Positions 43,501-55,583 of a DNA stretch of 64,000 nt are shown piece by piece. Position 1 is the first letter of the stretch. Each line of letters opens with the position of its first letter. The notes below the pieces were generated by a model. It was given only the letters and a program-made list of their open reading frames with translations, did not search any database and was not told the DNA's origin. A program made the translations under genes and the position numbers. The stretch is from assembly GCA_050084515.1 (NCBI GenBank), contig CM114271.1, positions 46,934,001 through 46,998,000 on the forward strand. Direction: 5' to 3'. The DNA is from Blasia pusilla (taxonomy: Eukaryota).

Positions 43501-44266
43501 CAGAATGCTGAGAGTACACCGAATTCCCTACCAACGTTACACGAAAAGCTTGCGAAAGAAGCATGGTCAATCGGCTGAAAGGCCGTTTTTAATTTCCATT
43601 TCACGCCAGAGCACGGATACCTAGTCGGACAGAAGGAGAAAGAGGAGCATGGTGACAGCGTACGAATCCGTCGTGCAAGAAAAGTCTGTAGACACGAGAA
43701 AGAATTGATGCTGAAACTCGTGCAAGCGTGAGGAGAAGAGTCACGAATGAAAAGTCTCAGATCTAACTCGTGTTGAAGTGAATCGAACAAACTGCACCCA
43801 AATTTAAGCAAGAAAGATATATTCGTTTTACGATGTGTGTTGATCCCTACCGACACTACGAATTACTTTTGCGCATGACGACTATGGACGGTGAGCTGGG
43901 AACTCGAAGATCGGGACGCGATTAGGAGCCTAGTCACATCCCAGCTCTGCTTTGAGGGGGGAGTCTAACGTACAATAATGCTACCTCCGCAGCACTGTGA
44001 ATGCCGCACGTCTTCACAGTCCAATGGGTCACCTTCGAAATAATCGCGACGTGAAGGAAGCGGACTCGATCGTAGACAGTTTTTGCCTCAGAACGAGCTC
44101 CACCTGTCACATGTCATTTACGATCCTGTTGACTCTGTGACTCTTCCCTTTCTCCGGTGGATTTCCCATCCCTTTCCCTATGTTTTCGTGTACGTCGTCG
44201 AGTGAGTCATCAATGAATTGAAAAGGCGGAGCATAATATGAAGAATCGCCGCTAGATCGCGAAATT

Positions 44267-44662
44267 TATGAAGCTTATTACGCACGGAAACATGATCGCC
44301 CACCACAGCTTACTAAGAACAATGAAGTCCATTGCGAGCACGATGAAACACACTCTCTCTCGGACAATGAAGTCCATTGCGTGCACGATAAAACACACAC
44401 TCCAAAGCACTCACTCTCTCTGTCTCCTTCACCCCTCTCTCTGGCTCATGAAGTCTATTGCCCGCGCGGCAAAAACCACGATTCAACTGTCTCTCTCTCT
44501 CTGATCTTGGCGTTCATTGCGTGCACGGAAACAAAAACCACACCCTCCAAAGCACGCACGCCCTCCCGCACCTACTCAATCCCTGCCTCCCTGCAGCCTC
44601 TCCCGAGTCTCCTCTCACTCTCTCATCATGAACTTAATAATCGTGTGCACGATAAAACCCAG
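44267..44662. repeat. Dispersed array of a ~30-bp motif with variable spacers
   Basis: ATGAAGTCCATTGCGwGCACGATrAAACAC at about 44322 and 44367, with degenerate copies at about 44268, 44448, 44514 and 44628. Confidence 0.65.
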
Positions 44663-45055
44663 ACACTCTCACGCACAAACAAGCACGCGGGCGTGCATCG
44701 TCGAACCACGTAGCCGCACCTCGTCGCGCTGCGGCAGCCACCCTCGTTCTTGGCTCGCTGCCGTGGGACTTTGATGCGATTGGCGGGGAAGGGGGCCGGG
44801 AGACGATATGGGGAGGACGCGTGAATGAAGTTCGATGAACCGGTGGATCAATGAGAGAATGGCAGAGCGACATTCGGAAACAGCGGCTACTTTCTGCTTT
44901 TTCTTTGAAGTTGGAACTTTGAAGTTTGAAGGCCTTGAAGGAATGATGTGGAAATGGATGTTACTACTAGAGATAGCGGCGAATAATTATGAAGTCGCTT
45001 TTGTGTTCCCATTTCCTTATTAAGTGCTGCGAGGGATTAGTCGTCGCATAGATAA

Positions 45056-45303
45056 ATTTATGATGTTCGTTATTTCTTTTTTTTGTCAACTTATTTATTT
45101 ACTCATTTAGGGACGTATCTTTTAGGGTGATTTATGATGTTCGTTATTTCTTTGTTTGTCAATTTCTTTATTTACTCATTTAGGGACGTATCTCTTAGGG
45201 TGATTTATGATGTTCGTTATTTCTTTGTTTGTCAATTTATTTATTTATTTACTCGTTTAGGGACGTATCTTTTAGGGTGATTTATGATGTTCATTATTTC
45301 TTT
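45056..45303. repeat. Tandem repeat, about 3.3 copies of a 73-77 bp unit
   Basis: ATTTATGATGTTCGTTATTTC...TTTAGGGACGTATCTyTTAGGGTG starts at 45056, 45130, 45203 and 45280. Confidence 0.9.
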
Positions 45304-48300
45304 CATTAACTCTCCTTTCGATTTATTATACTACTTGCTTCTTTCCTTTTCTCTCTATTGATTAATCTTGATCGGATTTTTCCCGTTTATTACTTTTTCT
45401 CTTTTAATATCTATTGACTAATATCTGTTTGACTTCAAGTGTTCACCGGAGGATTCTTTCTTTGTCTATCCATCCATGATGTATCCATGTGCTCTTATTA
45501 TATTCCCAAGAGAGAGGTTACGAGAGATATTATTCTCTTGAATATGCCAAAATTGTACTCGATTCCGTTAAGTAAGGGTGTAAGCTTATCCGTTTTATGT
45601 TTTTTTGGCAAAAGAAAGATCCGAACTTTGTCTCTATTGCATTCGTTCATTGTTCTCCTTATAGACGAAAACTGCCGTTCAATAAATTTTGGATATTTTC
45701 AAAGCAACTCAAAGACTTTGAGAAACGGTTCAATCTAAAAAATGATTTTCTTTCTTAAATTTTAAAATCAGTGGTATGAATTCAAAAAATAATTTCCAGT
45801 TTTTTTCTTCAATGTGTCATACATTTATATGATTCTTGGATAGTGTCTTCTTTATTTGTAAACATATGTCTACTTGACACATGGTAACTTAGCGGCAAGA
45901 AAATGTTTCTCATAGTACGGGCAGCAAGAAAAAAAATCTGAATTTTTGTGTGGCATGGTTAGTCCCTTCACCCGTGTGTATGGCACAAGCTGTACATGAG
46001 TATTTTCATGTACTGGAGTCCCTCCTCTCCCAAAAGCGGTGAACTTCACGAAACCCAAACTAATCATTTTGACTCTACCAGGCTTGCTCAAAGATGCTCA
46101 TGTGATGGCAAGGTAATCACCGTTAGTAATCACACATGGGGTCTCTAACTTCTTCTTTTTGAAGGAATAGTGTAAAATAAATATTCTTGAAGCAGGGGTT
46201 ACAGCTATGCCCTCAAACCCGATGAGGTAAATCCCATAAATCACCAACACAAGTAAAACCACTCATGTACTTAACATATACCTATTGAAAATGGATGAGC
46301 AAACCACTCGAGCCCACATATAAAATCATCCCACATAAAAATTTGGTTCAAAGCCATCCCCTAGGACAACAAGGCCCTAATGCTAGCTAGCAAAATATGC
46401 CCCGGTGACTTATGTAATTACACTACTCATTTCATTTTACATTTTTTTTACTTAGTCATCCCTTCCTACATTGTAGGCATACATTCAACTCTTGACTCAT
46501 GTTTCACTCCAAGATGACATTCAACTATGCTAAAAATAGACTCGGATCTTGCACATTCCATCTTAACCTCTCAATTTGCCCCAAAATTACGACCAATCAC
46601 ATTTGTAAAAATCCACGCATGCAAGCATATCATCTCATCTCCTCTTGTCATACGCCTTGTAGTAAAGCTTGATTGGATGCCAATCTTCCTTTCACTCACC
46701 TACTTCACTAGAATCCCGCATTGATTACGATTTTTCACATTTTCGTCCATACATTCTTGATGGAATGAGTTCCTAATTCTCACCAAATTGCTTGCAATCT
46801 TGGCTAATAGGGCATACACATTCTCACACAAAGACACCTAAACCATGGGCTTAAGTCACATCTTACAAGACTTGAGGATTCCATTTCTTGTAGTCACACC
46901 AACGACGGAAAACCACAATATAAACCCTCATTTTTGGCTCTTCCACATTTATGGTTGGAGTTTCTTGTTACCACTCTCACATCCCTACTATTCAAAATCA
47001 CCCGATTTGGGATGTTGTAAGCATACCGTCCATCGTTTCCATATGATTTTTTCTATGTATCCTTGCCAAACCCACAACCTAATTAAATAAACTGCCACTA
47101 TACTCATTATGGCATACTTACAAAAGTTATCCTTGCAAACACAATAAAGGTATCCTTTCATGTTTTTTTCCTCTTAGCCATATAACTTTTCTCCACTATA
47201 GAACGTACTTTGCCTCGATCATGGTGGCTCGGATGAGCTCAAATCCCTCGAGCATCTTACACTTCTTGGAGAGCACAAAAAATCAATCACCATCATGTAC
47301 AAACTACCACACCATCTTTTGCTACACTTAACTTAATCCCCTACTCAATGCAACCTCAAAAACCACCCAAAAAATGCACTTCTTTCATGTTGTGTTGTTT
47401 TGATTTTAAAAAAACATATAAATTGACGATGTTATAGAGGATAAATTCTTACATCATGTGGATCTTTCAATATTGAAAATACAATGATAAATATAACATT
47501 CTCTTATACATTGAATAAACCAAGCCTAGCCTTTTATGTGAGGGAATCACGGCCTAATGCATGCTCATAGGGAAGTCTCTATTGTAGAAATATGAGCGTC
47601 TCCAAGCCTCCTTTTGGGGTATATATCCCTCTCCAAGGCTCCAAGAAGGTGACTTATGCACACATATAAGTGATGTCACTAAAAAAGGCTAGCATGTCAC
47701 TCCTTACCTCTCCATATCTAACTACACATATTGCCTCCCTATCGAGGCATATTATCTACTCTCGCTGGATTACAAATAATGCTTCACACATGTCTACTTT
47801 TTTATTGGTTGGCTCACTAAAATTGTCTTACCAATTTTTTTCAGATCATATTAGCATCGACCATAACCTTACACCAAAAATATTCGAATTGAGATTTTTT
47901 CACATGAAATGCATGTTGCCAGAAGTATCTCACATAATCTCATCATCCGTTTGAAACATTCAACTGATATATTTATTGAAATTAGTTTTTAGATAAATAA
48001 AATTCAGTGCAAAAAATCATGTCACGATGAATTTTGTCATATCCATTGTATCTCTCTCGAGCCTTGTAATCTAGCGTATTTCATAGGCACCCCAATACTA
48101 GTCCTACTTCTAAATACATGGATTATTCCACATCTTTCACTTACATTTATATATTCTCCAATTGGATTCCCTTCATCTCTCCCTTGCCAAAATTTCTTGG
48201 AACTTATAACTCTAAGGAGAAAGGGTATCATGTGTTTCTTTCCAATTATGGGTAGTCTTTGACTAAACGTGTCAATTGTTATCATTTCTTCTACTAGTAC

Positions 48301-51300
48301 TTGCATAGTTGTCCAATCCATCGGCAAATTCATCTTGAAAAAAAGACACATAGTTGATGTGGAATTTTAGAATAATTTGACTGAAAAGGAAATATTTTTC
48401 TTCTTCCAAGAAAACGTTGAGAAAATATTGCAAAGATCATGCCTTTTTGCTGTTATAATATGCTCAAGTTTGCAAGGGTGCTTGGGATATATAGAACACT
48501 AGTAAGTTCCCTATGCAATGCATTACACATTGAAATCTCAATTTCTTGGCAATAGACCTAAAATTCAAATGTTAAGTGCATTTTTCAATGATTAGTTTCA
48601 ATATAATGGATGAGGCTTTTTGGGTAGGAAAGTGTTGAAAGGTAGATATGCAAGAGATGGGGTTTTTTTTGTTTAGTTCAAATTTAATTATAAATTGAAA
48701 TGTTTTATTTCCTATTGATTTCACAAGGGTTCACTCTCTTAGTCTTTTTTGGGTCCCTACCAATTATGACCCTAAGGATTTCCTTGGTGGCCTCTTATCA
48801 GCGCAACTTTTCCATTAAGCCCGTTAATACGAGAAATTGAATGATGTATTTAAAAACTATAAATAGAAATAATATAATAATAAGAAATCCTGGAGAAATA
48901 TTATATGTGGGATTCAAAAAACATTTTAATAATTCATACTTCACTATTTTATTCTTTTTCTAATCTCATATAACTACAAATCTGGGAAACAAAATTCACG
49001 TTACACCTATTTTTAGTTCCACGCACACTTGACACCTACGGCATTAATAAAATAAATATTAAATTTGTCACATTTCTCATGTGACATTAAATATTTTGAT
49101 AGCCACCGCATGGATCCTTCCTAAAAATACACATGGCATGCGGATGCCCATCAAGTAAGACATGACCATTAATTAAGCCACCACTTGTAGGAGACGTCAC
49201 TCCGCTGACTTAGCGTGTAGAGCTACCGCAACCTTGCTCCGTCGACGGAAAGAGAGCGGATGCAAATGCCACCGTAAGCCGCGTTCAGGTTTAGGGCTAC
49301 GCTGCCGAGGAAGGGGAACTAACTACGCACGAGCGGAAAGGCGACACGGCGGGCGGGGAATGACTGGAAGCGTCTGTTGTGGCGGCTGCAAGTATCGGAG
49401 CAGAGGATCATTTAGCCTAAAGAAAACGACCGCGACGCCTACGCATACCGCATGGAGATGGATTCCTCCGGATGCCGGCCGGCCTAGGCCACGTCATTAT
49501 CGGGCGTCCGGCATGGGTCACGGCTTCACGGGGCCCACGTCGAGGCTGCCTTTTTGTAAGCCCGGCCTCGAAAAGTCATTGAGAAAATAACGCAACAGGG
49601 CGACTCTAAAGAAGGGTCCTTCGTTTCTTTTGTTCGGTGTCTAGCTGGATTTCCGATCGCGCATCGAGAAACCCGACCCTGCAGCCGGTGGCGGAAGCTT
49701 TGCCGACCGGCAGTCTGTCGCGTGGTGTGTACGACGGACGCCGCCGTCGTCGGTCTCTGTGCGCGCCGGTCGCGCGAGTCGTAAGAAAATCCCCAGCCGG
49801 GGAAATCGCGTCATCGCGAACGGAAGAAGGAAAGAAGAAAACAGGAGAGAGAAAAAGAGGAAATAAATGCGTCGTTGCGGAGAGTGTCACGTGGTGAAAG
49901 TCGCTCCCTCTCACGTGGACCTTTTTGGAATGGCCTTCAAAACATCCGGCCCTAACTTCGTAGCGATGGCTCCTGGTGCTGTGCAGTCTCTCTGCTGCGA
50001 GTCACGACGGATCGCGTTCGCCCCTCGCCAAATATGGATCGAGAGAGAGAGAGAAGGGGAAAGAGAGGAGTGGGCCCGTCAACAGAACTTTTGCATACCA
50101 TAGCAGACGCAGAAGCACACAACTTTGTCTCTCTCAGATGGAAGCAGTGAGTGCGGACAGGAGCGTCAGATTGGATCAGTGCGAGAGTGGGAATTGGTGG
50201 TGGTGTGTGGCATACGCTCGGATTGCTCGACTCGAAATTCTCTCTCCTGTTCAGCTGCACTTGAACAGTTTGATGATGATTCGTTGGGAAGAGTGAAGGA
50301 AGGGAGTTAGGGAGGCAAGGGAGACGGCTGGTGAGCGATTGGAAAAGGGACGGAGCGGATGGGACCTCACTTAACTCGCGATCGATCGGTGTCCGACATT
50401 TTCGTGTCCTGTTTATCATGCGGTGCAATTTTCTGTTGCGGGAAGCACTTTGCGTGCCGTCTGTTTATTATAATGTTGTCGGACTGTGCGCAGAACGCGT
50501 CCTCAATCTGGCCGACGCTCTCCTGTAGCTAGCGGGCGGGCGGGATGGGCCCCTCCTCCGCGTTACCTCCTCCACTTTCGTCCGATTCATAATGGTTTGT
50601 CGTCCGCGACCTTTCCTTCGCATTCTGTTTCTCCACCTTTCACTGTGCGGCCGCGCGTTCGGACCGTTCGGCCCCACGCGGCGACTTTCCACCATTTCTA
50701 TCGCCGATGGTGTTTGATCTTGTCTCGCGGAGTGGATCTCCACATCGAGGTCAGCGGTATTTGTTGCTCGACGGGTTGGAAATGGCGGATTCTGTCCGTT
50801 TTCCCGAGTTCGAGCAGAGGGAAGGAGAGAAAGTAGGGGGTTCTCGGCGGTTGTATTCCGCCACATCAAATCCTTATACGTAATTCCGATTCTTCTCCCG
50901 ACCGTCGCACCAGATATGCACAGTGCGATTGTCCCCGACCACGGATCGAAGTGAGAAAGCAGTCGACTTTAGAACGAATTCCGATTTTTGCCGACCATAG
51001 CTCGAGGGCCCAGATGTGATACAGTTCGATTCTCCCGACAAAAGCTTCGGATGTGAAACAGTTCTACGCTAGGACGATACCATTGGTTGTCTCCGTCCAT
51101 CTCCGGTTGTCGTGATGCCCTTCAGCTTTTATTGTCGAGACCATACCCAAATGTGGTAGCGTTCGACGCTTTCAGACCCGTCTACGAATCGATAGAACGA
51201 ATACACATCCCCGATTTTCCACTATCCGCCTGCAGGTCTCGGTACGACCCGCCTCCAAAGAATTTCTAACAGTGGCGTACCGTGCTGGGGCACGGCCGTG

Positions 51301-52717
51301 ACGATTCACAGACGTACGACTCTCTACGTTTGTATCCTGGAAGAGAAAGAAGATACGGAGGTGGGGTGCTCGAAATCTGCTGCACTGGGGCTGTGTTTTC
51401 GTCGTTACATCTCATCCACTCTACCCCACCACCATCGCAGACGTACAGACAGACTAGGGGCAGAGATGGGTGGAGGTGTGTGTTCAACTTCCTGGGGCCG
51501 TGCTCTTCCGCCTAGCCTGCTCCACACATGGTGCTGTGCGCCACTCATTGACAGTAGTGGGGACGGATGTCCAACCCCATCGATGCATTATTACAGGGTC
51601 AAAGGATTGAGCTCCCTCTCCCCCGTTCCCCTCCACCACATTTTGCTTGGCTACCACAACGTCGACCCGCTCGTGCCTGGGCGACGAGGAAAAGGCAGCG
51701 TCTCAGTCACGTCCAGCTGTTTCTGATTAACAGCGAATGATTTTAGGGCTTGTAGGTGTAGCGGCGCGGCAGAGCTGGTCCACGCTGTGACAGTATACAG
51801 TTGACACTGTCGACTCCAGGCAAGGACTGTCGTGTGTAGTAGCTACTCTACACTTAGATGACGAAGAGGGCAACACACAGCTAATTAATCATTCGGAGAA
51901 AATCGTCATATCTCGAGAACGGGGACGGACGAAGCTCAGGAGACTTGCAAATTTCCTTTTATTTCGAGGGAACATAGAAAGAGATTCCCTTATTTCTACA
52001 ATTATAGTGACTGACTTGACCGCATTCCGCACTCAAGAACCAGTCAGTGGATGGTGAGATATGGCACGAGGCCTCAGAGCTGCTCCACCCTACCAACAAT
52101 GCAGCAGCTGCATAGCTATACTTGCCAAGAACTATAATTATTATCTCTAGTGATCAATCGGTCCTACTTTAGTGACCTCAGACCTCTCATACTTGTGAAC
52201 CCTAGACTAGCCTGGCAGGTTCGTGATGGGGAGATTCTGGACGCGATGCTTCGAATCCAATCTGATCTTTCAGGAAGCCAAAGCGATCGACGAGAACACA
52301 AAGTGCACTGCAGACTAAAAAAATTCAAATTGCGCGAGGATAGCAAGGCAACCGATTCCATCCTCCGTTCCCGGTTACGAAGCTTCTGCGAAGCAAGAAT
52401 CAACAATACATTCTGCCATCTCCACGACCCAAGAGGTAGCGTAGCCTACCCGGCGCAGTCTCCGAGTTGCTCGTGGCAACCAGCTGCCGAAGGGCACTGC
52501 CACTCCCTAGAGAATAGAGGTACTTACGGGGTATTTGTTACGAGCGCATGAGGGGAGAGACTGTACCCATCAAGTGATGCCTGACGAAGTCTCGCGACCA
52601 TAGGCCCCGAGCCTCCTTGGACGGTGCCAGACAAGACTGGGAGGGGTGCAGGGAGGGCAGTTGCTGGTGCGGAGCTCCTAAGGATCCGCCATAAAACACT
52701 TTACAATGAAAAAGAGG

Positions 52718-52721
<4 letters not shown>

Positions 52722-52750
<29 letters not shown>
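52722..52750. repeat. (GA)n microsatellite downstream of the F-box/kelch stop codon
   Basis: GA dinucleotide run of about 14 units. Confidence 0.9.
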
Positions 52751-52756
<6 letters not shown>

Positions 52757-52984
52757 CGAGAGCGAAGGTCCAAGAGAGGAACCAGGGATGTAGATCGAAG
52801 AAGCAGACCCCAACCGTGAGAAGACAGGAAGGAAAGAATTTGGCACAGATAAATAGAACTGCATTAGACAAGCCAAGCCCATCCTGGCTGTTAGATCTGT
52901 ACAATGGTGACAACCTTCCCATGTCCAGAAGCCCCGCACACCGCCCCGCTAAATCACCAGCCGAAACCACAAACCAGGGGCACC

Positions 52985-54696
52985 TCAAATCTTCATCACG
53001 GCGCAATTAAGACAAAAACCATCGCCATTGTAGGTCTGTACAACTTGCCTCCAAGGAGTGTGATCACCTCCAAAGGGATCGGGCTTGAAAGCTTGGATGT
53101 CACCTACAGGTTGGACATTGGGGGCACGGCCTCCGATCACCCACAGCTCGTGCCCGACGGCCTTGAATGCAAGGCCCCACCCTGTCTCGTGATGTGCTCT
53201 GCCAGGAACTCTCGTCAAAGCCGTCCACACGCCTGTGACTTTGTTGTGGTGTTTCAACTCATTGGAGGCGGCGTCGAGCGCATACAGCTGATTCGCGAGA
53301 ACGGCCACGAGAGGAGGAGCAGGAGAATTTTGGCCTATACGGAGAGGTGCTGTAGGCCAGAAGTTCTGCACTAATGTCCACTGGTTAGTGACCGGATCGT
53401 AGAACTCCCCATGGCTGTGCTGCGTCGACGGAGCATCCGAACCTCCGATGACATAAAATCGCCCATCCATGATAAACCCAGAGCACATCTTTCTAGGATA
53501 CAGCATGTTCGGCAGCTGCTCCCATTGATTAGTGAGCGAGTTGAATCTGCCACACCACGAGGCATCCATAGAACAGGTCAGTTGCAGACGAAGGTGAAAT
53601 AACCATGGCGATGTTGTAGACACACTGGCTTCGAAGGAAGAACGATAGTGTCTCACAAAACTGTCTTCCGCCCACAGATATGCATTTCTCTATTAACTCC
53701 AGCTTTATCCGCACTCTAGTCGGATTCGCTGGTTTAAACCCTCAGACTGGATTCCGTGTGGAAAACAGGCTCGAATCCTGACTCCTGCAGTCCAGATTTC
53801 AGTAAGCAAAACTAACTAACGGGCAGACGACAGCTCGTACACTGGAACGGTGGGTTTCCTTAGGAAGATGGAAAAGTGTTATGAGACAAGTGAGGAAACA
53901 GAACCTCTCTGCGAACGTGGATACTCGTCCTCGAGTTCCATAAACCGTTCCACCAGCGACGTAGCCGTAGTGCCCTAAAGTGGCTGAAGCAAAAAGACAC
54001 CGCATCGAGTTCATTGTTGGCGCGATACTCCATTGATAGGTGTCCACATCAAAGCACCAAATTAATTGATTCGTCTCCACCTCATACTTAGGAGGCTGCA
54101 AATGCCACCAGGTATGAGACACTGTAAAGCCCGGGGTGATTAGATTCATGGATTCCTAGAAATTAAGTACCGTCCTCCATAAACTTTCTGTGCAACAGTG
54201 AGTGACGTGATTACTACTGAACAGGAAATGGGAAAGCAGAAGAAAAAGGCGAAAAACAACGAACACCTCCTCAAAACATCAGGAACCTCACCAGAGCCCG
54301 TGGTTCGATGCCAACCACCAAAAGCTTCCGACCGGCAGCGAAACATTCCTTGTCTCCCATGTGAAAAGCATCATCCATGGGTGCTTCCGGCAGAGCATGC
54401 CAAGTGAGGGAGACTGGATCGAGCGCGCGCCATATTCTGCCACTTTCACGGCCCTGAAGAAGGACGAAAGGCCAGTCGTCGAAGACACCCAAATCTTTTC
54501 TGGTGTCATAAAATTGGTTGGAGCGCAGAACCTTCATCCATGCTTGAGACACGTGCTCGCAACTGGCATTGATATGAGCCCGAGGCACTCTGGCTAGACA
54601 CTGGATTGCCAGGTCGTTGGGGAGTCCTGGAATCAGATCCTGCTCTGCCACATCAACCATGTCCAAATCCTCCTGCACCTCTTGAATCTCTTCCAT
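52985..54696 (-). CDS. F-box/kelch-repeat protein (SKIP11/At5g60570-like clade), about 385 aa
   Basis: Exons 54696-54292, 54095-53905, 53546-52985 (GT-AG, in frame). F-box LIPGLPNDLAIQCLARVPR; kelch motifs RCLFASATLG..GYVAGG, RKMCSGFIMDGRFYVIGG, APPLVAVLANQLYA, GWGLAFKAVG; C-terminal FCLNCAVM. Confidence 0.93.
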
Positions 54697-55539
54697 CTTG
54701 TCGCCCACGCTGTAAAGACACATATTCCAGAAATCGAATTACTTGCACCATCCTTCAATCCGATTTTCGACGGCTTCAATCACAGTCCCCATTTTCCAGA
54801 ATGCTTTGAACCGTTCGTTTCTAGACTCACTTGCCGTGGGACAGACAGCGCCACTCTCACCACCACGCTTCGTAAGGTCTATGGCAAACTCTTGAGAGCG
54901 ACTACGCTGGCAAGCTACCGCCCAGAATGTGACCTATGTTGTGTCCAAGAGTTACCACGACAACTGTACAGCCAACCATCGTCAAGCCAGCTCAATTTCG
55001 AGACAATTCATGACAGAAATTGGAACGGAAGAATCTAGTGTCCATGTGAGACATCAACCCGAAGCCGTCTTGAAGTAGAGTAGTTGAACTAAGTAGCATG
55101 GCTCAGATGGGAACAGTCTATGTCAAGAGGTTTGGTGGAGGTGCGTGCAGTTGTATACATCACGCCTTGACATGCAAATATTCTGTTTGTCAATGCTTAA
55201 AATCGAGGCGACATCGCTTCATGAAGCTAAGCTACAATCAGCGGAATCTATCAGTTATAAACCTACTGGGAGAATCGTGTCCGCTCTGTATCCATGCATA
55301 CTACGATTCCCAGGCTAGGGGCTATCGCGAAAAGGATCCAACACTCCATCGGAATGCTCACAGTTGCCTTTGTAGACCTCAATCATTCCAAATAGACTGT
55401 ATTCATTAAGTGGTGCCTATAGTAGCCTTGTGATCATAGACCCCGCGCGCGAGTTGGACGGTGCCCGAGTTCAATCCACCCACACACACAGATTGAGTGA
55501 ATGAAGCGATCCAAAGGGCCTCGGGGGTCTAACTGATTG

Positions 55540-55542
<3 letters not shown>

Positions 55543-55580
<38 letters not shown>
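55543..55580. repeat. (GA)19 microsatellite
   Basis: Uninterrupted GA run upstream of the F-box/kelch ATG, probably in a leader intron. Confidence 0.95.

Positions 55581-55583
<3 letters not shown>

Noticed and set aside
44267..44662. CRISPR array
   Set aside because: Repeats are degenerate, spacers are unequal and low-complexity, there are no cas genes, and the context is a plant nuclear genome.
51932..51942. miR390 or TAS3 site (AAGCTCAGGAG; also GCTATCCCTCC near 3672)
   Set aside because: Only 11-nt matches, with no precursor hairpin or tasiR-ARF sequence nearby.
53710..53790. Possible poison exon in kelch intron 2 (CTGCAG acceptor with an in-frame stop)
   Set aside because: Weak polypyrimidine tract and no independent support; the simple three-exon model is complete.
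55414..55480. tRNA-like sequence with GAGTTCAATCC
   Set aside because: No cloverleaf pairing and no convincing A box.
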